Positions 8,829-19,328 are shown, numbered from the stretch's first letter. The stretch: 64,000 nucleotides of DNA from an uncultured Alphaproteobacteria bacterium (GCA_944391405.1 CALXTN010000002.1:23393-87392); one strand, 5' to 3'. Notes: generated from the sequence alone by a model not told the origin. Numbers and translations are program-made.

Positions 8829-10685
8829 ATGATAAAATTAGACAATATAACCGTTCAGATTGCTTCAAAGTTTTTATTGGAAGATGCCTCCGCACAAATA
8901 TCAGACGGACAAAAGATAGGAATAGTCGGCAAAAATGGTTGCGGAAAAACAACATTATTTAGGGTGTTAAAAGGAGAACTAGAGGTAAACAGCGGTGAGG
9001 TTCAATGTGGTAAGAAACAATTAAAAGCTTTTGTGGAACAGGAAATAAAAGAAGCTGATTTACAAAAACCGATATTGGAATATGTCTTGAGTAAAGATAA
9101 ACGACTGATGGCTTTACGAGAACAAGAAAAGACCGCTAAGCCTGAAGAACTGCCGGAGATTATGGAACAATTATGGATAATAGAGTCCGATTCGGCAGAA
9201 GCTAGAACCGCAGAAATTTTAGTCGGATTAGGTTTTAATCAAGAAGATTTAACAAGACCTGTAAAGGATTTTTCGGGTGGTTGGCAAATGCGTTTAAATT
9301 TAGCCGGAGCCTTGTTTCAACGTTCGGATATTCTTTTTTTGGATGAGCCTACCAACCATTTGGATTTAGAAGCAATCGTATGGCTAGAAAGTTATTTGCA
9401 AAAATATACGGGAACAGTTTTGCTTATTAGTCACGACCGTGATTTCTTAAATAATGTCTGTGGAGGTATCCTGCATTTTGAGGGCAAAAAGTTGGTGCAA
9501 TATGGAGGAAATTATGATACTTTTGCACGCCAATATACGCAAAAAATTGAGTTGGTAGATAAGCTGATAAAAAAGCAAAATGAGCGCAAAGCGCACCTTC
9601 AATCATATGTGGATAGATTCCGTTACAAAGCAACAAAGGCGCGCCAAGCTCAAAGTCGTCTAAAAATGTTAGAAAAAATGGAGGATATAGAAGAAGTTGC
9701 TCAAGATAAAGAAAGCAAGTTTTCCTTTCCAGATATAAAACCAATGCCATCTCCTCTGATAACCGTAGAAGGAGGTGTTGTCGGTTATGGTGATAAGGTT
9801 GTGCTGCGGAAACTTAATTTTTATATAAACCAAGATGACAGAATTGCGTTATTGGGGAAAAATGGTAATGGTAAGTCCACATTAGTGAAAATGCTGTCAT
9901 CGCATCTTCCAATGATGGAAGGAACGATGAGAAAAAGTGGTAAACTAAAAATTGGATATTTTAATCAAAATCAAACCGAAGAATTGCCACTGGAGTTAAC
10001 GCCAACAGAGTATATGAAAAGTATTGAGCCGGACACACCGGAAAAGAATATCCGTGCTCACTTAGGTCACTTCGGTTTAGAACAAGAAAAAGCCGTCACA
10101 CAAATAAAAGCGTTATCTGGCGGTGAAAAAACAAGGTTGCTGTTTGCAAAAATTTCTATAGATAAGCCGGAACTATTGATTTTCGATGAACCGACAAACC
10201 ATCTAGATATGGAAGGAAGAACCGCTTTAGCCGAAGCATTAAACGCATATAATGGCGCGATTATTTTGATTTCACACGATTTTCATTTACTGGAAATGGT
10301 CGTTGATAATTTATGGTTGGTGCACAATAATACTTGTACGGCATTTGACGGAGATTTGGAAGATTATCGAGCTTTCTTACTCCATAAAGAGAGAAAAACA
10401 GAAGAAAATCCTGAAAAGAAAGAAATAAAAGAACCGAAAAAAACAATCGCCCCAATAGAAAAAAACGCATCTAATAACAAACTAGACCGCAAGGTCAGAG
10501 CAGAGTTGCGCCAAATAGAGCAAGAACTGAATAGGTTGGAGGCTCAAAAAGCAAAATTGCTCCAAAAATTTGCACAAGTTTCGGGCAGTGACGTAGCCAA
10601 AATACAAATAGAACTATACAACTTGGAACAAGAGATAACCACAACTGAAGAGCGGTGGATGGAGCTAAGTGAAACCTTAAATTAG
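8829..10685 (+). CDS. ABC-F family ATPase (Uup/YheS-like translation factor type)
   Basis: 618 aa. Two Walker A sites (GKNGCGKTT, GKNGNGKST), two signature motifs (FSGGWQMR, LSGGEKTR), no TM segments, C-terminal coiled coil. Confidence 0.85.
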   Translation: MIKLDNITVQIASKFLLEDASAQISDGQKIGIVGKNGCGKTTLFRVLKGELEVNSGEVQCGKKQLKAFVEQEIKEADLQKPILEYVLSKDKRLMALREQEKTAKPEELPEIMEQLWIIESDSAEARTAEILVGLGFNQEDLTRPVKDFSGGWQMRLNLAGALFQRSDILFLDEPTNHLDLEAIVWLESYLQKYTGTVLLISHDRDFLNNVCGGILHFEGKKLVQYGGNYDTFARQYTQKIELVDKLIKKQNERKAHLQSYVDRFRYKATKARQAQSRLKMLEKMEDIEEVAQDKESKFSFPDIKPMPSPLITVEGGVVGYGDKVVLRKLNFYINQDDRIALLGKNGNGKSTLVKMLSSHLPMMEGTMRKSGKLKIGYFNQNQTEELPLELTPTEYMKSIEPDTPEKNIRAHLGHFGLEQEKAVTQIKALSGGEKTRLLFAKISIDKPELLIFDEPTNHLDMEGRTALAEALNAYNGAIILISHDFHLLEMVVDNLWLVHNNTCTAFDGDLEDYRAFLLHKERKTEENPEKKEIKEPKKTIAPIEKNASNNKLDRKVRAELRQIEQELNRLEAQKAKLLQKFAQVSGSDVAKIQIELYNLEQEITTTEERWMELSETLN

Positions 10686-10784
10686 TAGACGATATTTGCT
10701 CTCATAAAATATTTGACAAATAAACAAAAATAGATACAATACCCCCAGTTAACAATTATTGTATCACTTAAATTATAATGTTTT

Positions 10785-11834
10785 ATGGATAGATTGATGT
10801 CTTGGAGATGGGCACGCATAGGTGAACGCTCCGCATGGAAAAATGCTCTTAATCCGGAATTCATCCTGGGCATAATGGGATTTACTCTCTGTATTGTGTA
10901 CATGGCAATACCACATCCGGATAAAGAATTAGAAATTCTTTTGTCATGGTTGATATCGTTTTGTGGAATATGTTTCTTTGTACACTGCCTATCTATGGTT
11001 TTGCGTGCAGATGATTATTTTTCAGTGCAAATGGGAAACCAAAAGTGCAAGGTTTATGTTTATTGTATAGCGCATAAATATAGACCGTGTTCGTATAAAA
11101 TTTTCTTAAAAACCAAAGATGCTGAGTTTATGGTCTTTGCAACCTCATATAATAAGAGTGTCTACTCAGGCAGTCAAAACGCGTTTATTTATAGTGTTAA
11201 AAGCGATGATGGCGCGGAAATGTGGATGCTGGTGAATAAAGGCAGTGACGACGCTCAAGAGCTTGGACGACGTGTTGGAGATTATATATTTATATCTTCA
11301 AATCAGCATGAACAGGGTAAGGTTGTCCTAAATATCCTGCAGGATGATGGGTACACGGAAATTTCTGCCGACAGGTACACCTGTGAAAATATCTTAGTTC
11401 CTGCAGAGGAAGAAACAGAAGTAGTTTACAATGGAGAAATTGTAGAAGCTGACATTCCAGATGAATATCTGATAATAAAGAATGATGATAAATATCAGAT
11501 CTGGGGAATTTATAGCGAAGAAAAAAGTAATCCTTATTGCTATGCTTTGTCAGTATCATCCGTCATTTTTCATGAGGGACAGGATACAGTCATTCTTCTA
11601 GGTCAACACTTTGAGTACACAGAGTTGTATCGAGGATTTTCTCTGGGCAGAGAGTCAACGACATTGATTAGCGAGGTGTACAACAAAGAAGGTTTCAAAG
11701 GGGTATACGGAACAATCCGACGCTTTAATCCGAAAACCAAAACTTTGGATAAACTGTACGATGGTGCAATTTTCGGTGTCTTATTTGAAGATGGCGAAAT
11801 AATCGGCGCAGACGGACAGATATTCAAACCTTGA
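10785..11834 (+). CDS. Hypothetical membrane-anchored protein
   Basis: 349-aa ORF. Two N-terminal hydrophobic helices, then a ~260-aa soluble region with no motif I recognise. Start codon uncertain. Confidence 0.4.
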   Translation: MDRLMSWRWARIGERSAWKNALNPEFILGIMGFTLCIVYMAIPHPDKELEILLSWLISFCGICFFVHCLSMVLRADDYFSVQMGNQKCKVYVYCIAHKYRPCSYKIFLKTKDAEFMVFATSYNKSVYSGSQNAFIYSVKSDDGAEMWMLVNKGSDDAQELGRRVGDYIFISSNQHEQGKVVLNILQDDGYTEISADRYTCENILVPAEEETEVVYNGEIVEADIPDEYLIIKNDDKYQIWGIYSEEKSNPYCYALSVSSVIFHEGQDTVILLGQHFEYTELYRGFSLGRESTTLISEVYNKEGFKGVYGTIRRFNPKTKTLDKLYDGAIFGVLFEDGEIIGADGQIFKP

Positions 11835-11850
11835 TGTGAAAAATAAAAAA

Positions 11851-11886
11851 ATCCCCTGAACTTTATGGTTGCAGGGGATAATTTTT
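11851..11886. terminator. Bidirectional intrinsic terminator
   Basis: ATCCCCTG...CAGGGGAT 8-bp stem flanked by an A-run and AATTTTT, between convergent genes. Confidence 0.7.
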
Positions 11887-11898
11887 GCAAAAAATATT

Positions 11899-12702
11899 TT
11901 ATTTATAACTGTTAATCTTATTTTGTAAGTCATCAAGACTACGTCCATAAAAAGGCTCTCCATTGATAATTAACATCGGAACGCCATTGATGCCCAAGAC
12001 TTGCGATAAAGCATCAATATCTTGAATACCGCGACGGATTTCTTTTTGTTCCATCATTTGTTTAATTTCATCAACATTAAGATCTTCATCTGCAAGAATT
12101 TGATTAATAGTATCTTCGTTCATTTCAGGAAGCGTCATAATTCCCTCAAAAACTTCAACGAATTTTCCTTTTTGGAAAGCTGCCAAAGAAGCCTTTGCGG
12201 CATAAGGAGAATGTTCGCTCATAAAAAAGAGCGGATTAAACACAAATTTCACATCAGGATTATTTTTAATCAATTGAGCAAGCACTGGAGCTAAAGCTTT
12301 GCAGTGTCCACAGGCAAAATCAAAAAATTCAACTACTGTAATTTTTGCGTCTTTCGGTCCTGCATAAGGTGCAATTTTACTATTTTTCATTTCATCCCAA
12401 TGATCCAAATAGATTTTATTTGGATCGTTTTCTGCAACCTTTTCAACTTCTTTGGATTGTTCGGATTCATTATTTGTTTTTATTTGGAAAGAAGAATTCT
12501 TAAATGCATCACTTTCCAAAACAAGTTGAGCAATAAGTTCTTTATTGTTTTGAATATAGTTTTCAACAGCTTGGTTCATCATTTGTTTTTGCGAAACATT
12601 CTTCCGGGGACAATGCGCGTCAAGATAAAGAACGCATCCGGCACCGAGAGCAGCCACGATTAAAATGGCAAAATACTTAAAAAAGATTTTCATGATATCC
12701 AC
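11899..12702 (-). CDS. Membrane-anchored DsbA-family thiol:disulfide oxidoreductase (Com1-like)
   Basis: 267 aa. N-terminal anchor and thioredoxin active site FDFACGHCK. Confidence 0.8.
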   Translation of the reverse strand: MDIMKIFFKYFAILIVAALGAGCVLYLDAHCPRKNVSQKQMMNQAVENYIQNNKELIAQLVLESDAFKNSSFQIKTNNESEQSKEVEKVAENDPNKIYLDHWDEMKNSKIAPYAGPKDAKITVVEFFDFACGHCKALAPVLAQLIKNNPDVKFVFNPLFFMSEHSPYAAKASLAAFQKGKFVEVFEGIMTLPEMNEDTINQILADEDLNVDEIKQMMEQKEIRRGIQDIDALSQVLGINGVPMLIINGEPFYGRSLDDLQNKINSYK

Positions 12703-12781
12703 TCCAATATATAAAACTACAGAAAGACTAACGTGTCATAAAAGTATATGCAAGAATTTTTAAGTGTAATCATCAAGTTTT

Positions 12782-12814
12782 AAAAACAAAAAAGCCCATC
12801 TGCAAAAGATGGGC
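12782..12814 (-). terminator. Intrinsic terminator of the upstream dsbA-like gene
   Basis: GCCCATCT / AGATGGGC stem followed on the minus strand by TTTTTTGTTTTT. Confidence 0.75.
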
Positions 12815-12835
12815 CTAAATTGAGATAAAGCAAAA

Positions 12836-13594
12836 TTATTTTGCATTATCAATAGCAGCTTGAATAGTAGCTTCGTCAATAGCCTGCAAAGCTTCACCAT
12901 TCATAATCAAAGTAGGAACGCCACGAATTTGAACTTTTTGAGAGAGACTAGAAATATCAGAAAGTTCTTTAGCAATTTCATCGCTATCCATTAACTTTTT
13001 AGTCTTTTCAACATCAAGACCAGCTTTTTTGATAACTTCATCAATAACAGCGGAAGTAACTTGTCCGTTATGAGTTAATAAAGCTTCATAAACTTCCAAG
13101 AATTTACCTTGTTTATTGGCAGCCATAGCAGCCTTTGCAGCAGGCATAGAACCCAAGAAAGTTACTGGTTTAAATACAATTTTAATATCTTTGTTAGCTT
13201 TAATAACTTTCAACAATTCAGGCGCTAAACGTTTGCAGTAACCGCAGTTGAAATCAAAAAATTCAACAATAGTAACTTTAGCATCTTTAGGTCCAACAAA
13301 AGGAGAACCTTCATAAGAACTTAAATCCTTCCAATTAGCTTTATAAAGTTCAGCAACACGCTTTTGAGCTTCAATTTGTTCTTGTTGAGCAGCCAATTCT
13401 AAAGCTTCACGAACTTTACTCGGATTATTCATTAAATAATCTTCAATAGCTTGATTCATATCTTGAGAAGCTGTAGAAGAGGAAGTCGAAGTCTTAGAAC
13501 CAGATACAGAAGCGCAGAGAGCAACAGATACAACTACGCTTGCAATAACAGATACTAAAACAGTAATAACATTATCTTTTTGCATATTTCCCAT
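12836..13594 (-). CDS. Membrane-anchored DsbA-family thiol:disulfide oxidoreductase, paralogue
   Basis: 252 aa. N-terminal anchor and active site FDFNCGYCK. Roughly half the residues are identical to the neighbour across the thioredoxin domain (by eye). Confidence 0.8.
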   Translation of the reverse strand: MGNMQKDNVITVLVSVIASVVVSVALCASVSGSKTSTSSSTASQDMNQAIEDYLMNNPSKVREALELAAQQEQIEAQKRVAELYKANWKDLSSYEGSPFVGPKDAKVTIVEFFDFNCGYCKRLAPELLKVIKANKDIKIVFKPVTFLGSMPAAKAAMAANKQGKFLEVYEALLTHNGQVTSAVIDEVIKKAGLDVEKTKKLMDSDEIAKELSDISSLSQKVQIRGVPTLIMNGEALQAIDEATIQAAIDNAK

Positions 13595-13753
13595 CCTTAA
13601 AATATTATATAACGATTAAAAAGTAGGAGAATAAAAAAATAAATGCAAGCCAAAAATAAAAATATGTTGACAAAGTGTGTAAGTTTAAAATGATATTAAA
13701 AACAAAGAAAAGAAAACTAAACGATTCTGATAAAAGAAGGGAAATGTATATAA

Positions 13754-14413
13754 ATGTTTAATGTGAAGATATCACTTTTTGCGCGAACCAGAGATTTAGA
13801 ACACAACATAGATAGTTTGCATGATAAAATTATAGAAATGACAATGGTTTTTAAAGAAGCTGTTAATATATACCTTCAAGAACAAAGAAGTGAAAAATAT
13901 CGCCAGACCAGTAAAAAAATAAAAATAATTGAACACGATTCGGATACACTACGCCGAGAAATAGAAAGTAAATTATATGAACAAAATTTAATACCAGATC
14001 TACGAGGAAACATATTGGAATTAGTAGAAAATCTGGACAGAGTTATTAATTTGTTTGATGAAGTTGCGCACAAATTTTATATAGAGAGACCGGAAATACC
14101 CGAAGAATACCATAATCAATTGCAAGAATTAGTTAAACAAGTATCTGATTGTGCAGAAAATATGGCAATAGCCTCTCGAGCTTTTTTCAGAGATTTAGTG
14201 ACATTAAGAGATTATTCTAAAAAAGTTTATCTATTAGAACATCAGAGTGATAAAACTGCTGCTAAATTGCGTAACGAAGTATTCGATTCTAAATTGGATT
14301 TAGCTCGTAAAATGCAGATAAATAATTTTATAGAAGAGGTGGCGGATATAGCAGATTTAGCAGAAGATTGTATTGATGCATTACTTATATTTGCAATTAA
14401 GCGGGAAATATAA
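13754..14413 (+). CDS. DUF47 / PhoU-like phosphate-transport accessory protein
   Basis: 219-aa helical protein, 3 nt upstream of a PiT transporter gene (the classic DUF47-PiT pair). Confidence 0.7.
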   Translation: MFNVKISLFARTRDLEHNIDSLHDKIIEMTMVFKEAVNIYLQEQRSEKYRQTSKKIKIIEHDSDTLRREIESKLYEQNLIPDLRGNILELVENLDRVINLFDEVAHKFYIERPEIPEEYHNQLQELVKQVSDCAENMAIASRAFFRDLVTLRDYSKKVYLLEHQSDKTAAKLRNEVFDSKLDLARKMQINNFIEEVADIADLAEDCIDALLIFAIKREI

Positions 14414-14416
14414 ACG

Positions 14417-15469
14417 ATGTTTGAATATTTATTTTTTCTCTCCAGCGGTTTATTTTTAGGATGGTCTTTAGGGGCTAATGACGCATCTAATATTTTTGGA
14501 ACAGCTGTTGGTACAAAAATGTTGCGTTTTACAACAGCAGCAATCATTGCGTGCATCTTTTTAGTGCTAGGGGCTGTATTTAGCGGACAAAATACAGCGG
14601 AAACGTTAAACACATTAGGTGAAATTAACACATTGCCTGCAGCTTTTACAGTATCGTTGTCATCAGCATTAGCGGTTGTAATGATATTAAAATCAGGAAT
14701 AAGTGTCTCAATTTCACAAGCTATTGTAGGAGGAATTATCGGTTGGAACGTATATAATCATAAACCGACTGATGCAGAAACTCTGACAAACATTTGTGCA
14801 ACATGGATATTCTGTCCGATCATTTCAGGGGTTATTGCTGTTGGATTATATATATGCGTCAAGAAATTACTGCACCATAGTAAAATTCATATACTATGGC
14901 AAGATATGGCAATAAGAGTTGGGATGATACTGACAACAGCATTAGGCGGTTTTGCACTAGGAGCAAATAACATGGCAAATGTGGTTGGAGTGTTTGTTGA
15001 TTCGAATGTACTGTCTCCGATGAAATTAGGAGAACTATATACACTGAGCAGTACTCAGGTTCTATTTTTACTGGGAGCAATAGCCGCGTGTGTTGGCGTA
15101 TTTACCTATTCTCAAAAAGCTATTAAAACAGTAGGAAAAAATGTATTATCTTTTTCGCCAACAGTAGCATGGATTGTAATTTTATCGCAATCCTTGGTTT
15201 TAATATTATTTTCTTCTGAAAATTTAGAACATTTCTTAATATCAATGAATTTACCACCTTTGCCAGCTGTTCCAGTATCCAGTACCCAAGCCGTTATTGG
15301 TGCAATTGTCGGGATAGGATTAGCAAAGGGAGGCAAGGGTATAAAATGGAGCTTAATTTTACGCGTGGTATCAGGTTGGATAGCAACGCCGATTATCGCA
15401 TTTATGCTAAGTTTTATATCACTGTTTTTTATGGAGAATGTCTTTAAACAAACCATATTTATTCCATAA
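14417..15469 (+). CDS. pit: Inorganic phosphate transporter, PiT family
   Basis: 350 aa and polytopic. Duplicated GANDxxN motifs (GANDASNIFGTAVG, GANNMANVVG). Confidence 0.85.
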   Translation: MFEYLFFLSSGLFLGWSLGANDASNIFGTAVGTKMLRFTTAAIIACIFLVLGAVFSGQNTAETLNTLGEINTLPAAFTVSLSSALAVVMILKSGISVSISQAIVGGIIGWNVYNHKPTDAETLTNICATWIFCPIISGVIAVGLYICVKKLLHHSKIHILWQDMAIRVGMILTTALGGFALGANNMANVVGVFVDSNVLSPMKLGELYTLSSTQVLFLLGAIAACVGVFTYSQKAIKTVGKNVLSFSPTVAWIVILSQSLVLILFSSENLEHFLISMNLPPLPAVPVSSTQAVIGAIVGIGLAKGGKGIKWSLILRVVSGWIATPIIAFMLSFISLFFMENVFKQTIFIP

Positions 15470-15478
15470 GGAGAAAAA

Positions 15479-16996
15479 ATGGCGCAAATATTACATAAGA
15501 TATATCAAAAATTTCCGACATTTTTTTTCTTAGGGCATTTATGCGCCGGATTTTTATTCTGTATTTATATTGCCTGGAAAACGAACACATTAGGTGGAGA
15601 TACGTTGGAACATATACACTCCTCATGGTTGGTTTACGCAAATTTTATTCCATATAAAGATTTTTTTCAGCACCATAATCCTCTGTTGTGGTACTTATTT
15701 GCACCGCTTGTCGGTCTACATGCTCATGGATTAGATGACAATATTATCACAGCAACCGTGGTAAGTTGCTCCATACTAAGTTCATTTTTGAACTACTATC
15801 TTTTATATCTGATTGCTTCACGCTTTCTGACCAATAGAACCGGAGGAATAATTGCTGCTGCTATTGCATTGACACCATATGTTGTCGTATCTGTGGTGAA
15901 TTTTCGTCCAGACAATTTTATGATGACAGCTTTTTTTGCAGGATTGTATTTTTATTTCAAACACATAAAGGAACAAAAAATCATTCACTTAAGTTTAGCA
16001 ATGTTGCTATTCTGGGCGTCATTTATGTTTTTGCAAAAAATTATATTTGCCCTTGTTGTATTAGCAGTGATAACTTTTTATCTATGGCATAAGAAAATCG
16101 TTAAAACAGATGCATTTGTATACTCAATACTACTGCCGATGGTTTTGAGTTTTGGATATGCTGTCTATTTATGGTATTATGGTATTTTAGAAACATGGTA
16201 TCGCTCCAATTTTATCTTTAATTTGCACATACCGGAATTATTTACTGAAGAACGTCGTCATGGAATGATTTGGCCGGAATTAAAGTTGCTTCTGCTTGGG
16301 AGTTTTTGTGCAATTATTTGCTTTATCCGCCAGAAAAATATGTATTTTAATATACTAACCATGTTATTTTTAGCAGAGTTAGCACAACGCTTATTGTATT
16401 TTTCCGCCTTCGCTTATTATTTTTATTTATTGATATATTTGGCAGCAATATTGAGTGCAATGTTTTTGGAGGAAAAAATTTTCAAAAAACATTTTGTGTT
16501 AATCTATGTACTCATCGCAGCACTGGCATTTTGTATGTATAAACCGTCTGTATATGAGGGAAATATTGGTGACCCAATAGGACGATTTTACGCTCCATTA
16601 AATAAAAAGATTGTTCAAGTAGTGACACCTTGCGATTATGTCATCAATGGAGATGGAAGTTTATACAATCTTTATAATCGAGATCCTCACTATTACTGGA
16701 ATTTGCTGGGACAGCTAGATGTAATTGGTGCAAAAGTAGGGATACACCCATTAATGGACATAAATAAAGTAATAGCAACATACAAGCCGAAAATTATATA
16801 CATCGCACCGTATAAAGATAAATATTCAGCCGAACGAGGTATTGAAAAATTTGTGCATGTGCCGGATATGAATTTAATTAAACAATATTACAAGCCGTTT
16901 GATAATTCGGATGTGATATACATATTAAAGCCCGAATATAGCCATATAAAATGCGACTTTGACTACAAAAAGCGCTATTACCACGCATATGATTAG
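15479..16996 (+). CDS. Polytopic membrane protein, possible GT-C (ArnT/PMT_2-like) glycosyltransferase
   Basis: 505 aa. About 10-12 TM helices followed by a ~130-aa soluble C-terminus. The assignment rests on architecture only. Confidence 0.4.
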   Translation: MAQILHKIYQKFPTFFFLGHLCAGFLFCIYIAWKTNTLGGDTLEHIHSSWLVYANFIPYKDFFQHHNPLLWYLFAPLVGLHAHGLDDNIITATVVSCSILSSFLNYYLLYLIASRFLTNRTGGIIAAAIALTPYVVVSVVNFRPDNFMMTAFFAGLYFYFKHIKEQKIIHLSLAMLLFWASFMFLQKIIFALVVLAVITFYLWHKKIVKTDAFVYSILLPMVLSFGYAVYLWYYGILETWYRSNFIFNLHIPELFTEERRHGMIWPELKLLLLGSFCAIICFIRQKNMYFNILTMLFLAELAQRLLYFSAFAYYFYLLIYLAAILSAMFLEEKIFKKHFVLIYVLIAALAFCMYKPSVYEGNIGDPIGRFYAPLNKKIVQVVTPCDYVINGDGSLYNLYNRDPHYYWNLLGQLDVIGAKVGIHPLMDINKVIATYKPKIIYIAPYKDKYSAERGIEKFVHVPDMNLIKQYYKPFDNSDVIYILKPEYSHIKCDFDYKKRYYHAYD

Positions 16997-17260
16997 TTTC
17001 CAAACAAAAGATGAAAAGCTTGACGGATACCAAATAATTAATTAAGGTAAGACCACAAAATTAATTATGAGGTCTTAAAATTATTTGGTATGTTAACGGC
17101 AATACTTATTATTTTAGTCTGTAAGCTAAGCCTGAAGATTATTCGGCAACACAAGAATGAGACATATTCTTCAAAGGAAAAAGAATAGTCTGTTGTAAAT
17201 CGTAGGAAAACAAGAAAAACTAATCCTAACACATACCCCTAGAGAACATAGGCTGTATGT

Positions 17261-17304
17261 AAAAGAAAAAGACAGTAACACAAAGTTACCGTCTTTTATT
17301 TTTT
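17261..17304. terminator. Bidirectional terminator downstream of parE
   Basis: GACAGTAAC..GTTACCGTC hairpin flanked by AAAAGAAAAA and TTTTATTTTTT. Confidence 0.6.
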
Positions 17305-17339
17305 AATTGAACATTTCACCAGATTCTCTAAAATAAAAT

Positions 17340-19328
17340 TTAAATATCCAAATCCTCTGCAAATTTAGCTCTTTCAATAATGAATTTAAAGCGCTGCTCT
17401 GGATCTTTCCCCATTAAGCGTTCAACTTGACGTCTAGTTTCAAAAGCTTCATCACGAGCTTCTTCAGTATTTGCTGTCGGTACTACTACGCGCAACAAAA
17501 CACGATTATTTTTATCCATAGTTGTTTCTTTAAGTTGCAAAGCACTCATTTCACCCAAACCTTTAAAACGACTGATATCTGGTTTTTGATTAGCTTTGGC
17601 TTTACTTAGGATTTTATCTTTTTCATCGTCATCAAGAGCATAGTAATTTTTTCCACCAAAGACGATTTTATACAGCGGCGGAGTCGCAATAAACAAATGA
17701 CCATTTTCAATAAGTTTCGGCATATATTGGTAAAAGAATGTCATCAAAAGAGATGTAATATGCGCCCCATCAACATCAGCATCGGTCATAATGATGATTT
17801 TTTCATAACGCAGATTTTCTTCTTTATAATTATCCTTCGTGCCACACCCCAAAGCCTCAATCATATCTTTAATTTCTTGGTTTTGAGTAATTTTATCAAG
17901 ACTGGCACTTGCAACATTCAAAATTTTACCACGCAAAGGTAAAATAGCCTGCGTCATACGATCACGTCCTTGCTTTGCGGAACCTCCAGCGGAATCCCCC
18001 TCAACAATAAAAATTTCAGTATCTTCAGCAGCGGATTTAGAGCAGTCGGCAAGTTTACCCGGAAGACGTAATTTCTTGGTAGGAGATTTACGATTTTGAA
18101 CTTTTTCTTCTTTCTTTTTTTTGCGAAGTTCGGCTCTGTCAATAACATATTCAATTAAAGCACTGGCATTTTCTTTATCGGAGGAAAGCCAATGATCAAA
18201 AGAATCTTTAACAGCTTTTTCAACCAGATAAGCGGCTTTCGTTGAAGTGAGTTTATCTTTTGTCTGTCCTTGAAATTGCGGATCACGAATAAAAACTGAA
18301 AGCATAATCGCAGCATCGCTTAAAAAATCTTCAGCAGTAATACCTGCAGCTTTTTTGATATTGGCCATATCTGCATATTCTTTTAACCCTTTAAGCAAAG
18401 CTGCACGGAAACCTTGTTCATGTGTTCCGCCTTGAGGTGTAATAACTGTATTGCAATAAGAGGTACAAAAACCTTTTTCATCATCAGGCCAAGTAATAGC
18501 CCATTCGACTTTTCCCTCATCACCGGCAAGCTCAGCTTCTCCAGAAAAAGGAGTACGATTGATGGTTGTGCGGGTGCCGATTTGATAATTTAAGAAATCT
18601 AATAAACCATTAGGAAAATTAAATTCTGTTTCTTGAGGAATACCATCAGCTTCAGTTAAAAGCCCGGGAGCGCATTTCCAAAAGATTTTAATTCCTTTAA
18701 ATAAGAACGCCTTGGAGCGAGCCATACGATAAACTTTTGCCGGAACAAATTTATTATCACTTCCAAAAATTTCTTCATCTGGTAAAAAAGTAATACTTGT
18801 ACCACGTCGATTGGGAGCATTTCCAACTAAGACTAACGGTGTAATAGGCTTACCTCGAGAATATTCTTGACGATAGAGTTTTTTGTCACGAGCTACCTCA
18901 ACAACGAGTTTAACAGACAAAGCATTAACCACGGAAGAACCCACACCATGTAATCCACCGGATACTTTATAAGCGTTACCGCCAAATTTACCACCGGAGT
19001 GTAAAGTGGTTAGGATAACTTCCAGAGCAGATTTTCCAGGATACTTAGGATGATCATCTACCGGAATACCACGCCCATTATCCGTAATAGTAACAGAGTA
19101 GTCTGCATTAAGAGAAATATCAATTCTGGACGCATAACCGGCAACAGCTTCATCCATAGAGTTGTCTAAAATTTCCGCAACCAAATGATGTAGAGCTTGC
19201 TCATCCGTGCCGCCGATATACATACCCGGACGGTGTCTGACAGGATCCAGCCCTTCAAGAACTTCAATATCGCGAGCAGAATATTCTTCCTTAACTGCCG
19301 TTGCGGAGTTTTCAAACAAATCAGTCAT
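17340..19328 (-). CDS. parE: DNA topoisomerase IV subunit B
   Basis: GHKL ATPase plus Toprim (EGDSAGG) and PLRGKILNV motifs. At 662 aa from the GAGGAA-preceded ATG it is ParE-sized rather than GyrB-sized. Confidence 0.8.
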   Translation of the reverse strand: MTDLFENSATAVKEEYSARDIEVLEGLDPVRHRPGMYIGGTDEQALHHLVAEILDNSMDEAVAGYASRIDISLNADYSVTITDNGRGIPVDDHPKYPGKSALEVILTTLHSGGKFGGNAYKVSGGLHGVGSSVVNALSVKLVVEVARDKKLYRQEYSRGKPITPLVLVGNAPNRRGTSITFLPDEEIFGSDNKFVPAKVYRMARSKAFLFKGIKIFWKCAPGLLTEADGIPQETEFNFPNGLLDFLNYQIGTRTTINRTPFSGEAELAGDEGKVEWAITWPDDEKGFCTSYCNTVITPQGGTHEQGFRAALLKGLKEYADMANIKKAAGITAEDFLSDAAIMLSVFIRDPQFQGQTKDKLTSTKAAYLVEKAVKDSFDHWLSSDKENASALIEYVIDRAELRKKKKEEKVQNRKSPTKKLRLPGKLADCSKSAAEDTEIFIVEGDSAGGSAKQGRDRMTQAILPLRGKILNVASASLDKITQNQEIKDMIEALGCGTKDNYKEENLRYEKIIIMTDADVDGAHITSLLMTFFYQYMPKLIENGHLFIATPPLYKIVFGGKNYYALDDDEKDKILSKAKANQKPDISRFKGLGEMSALQLKETTMDKNNRVLLRVVVPTANTEEARDEAFETRRQVERLMGKDPEQRFKFIIERAKFAEDLDI

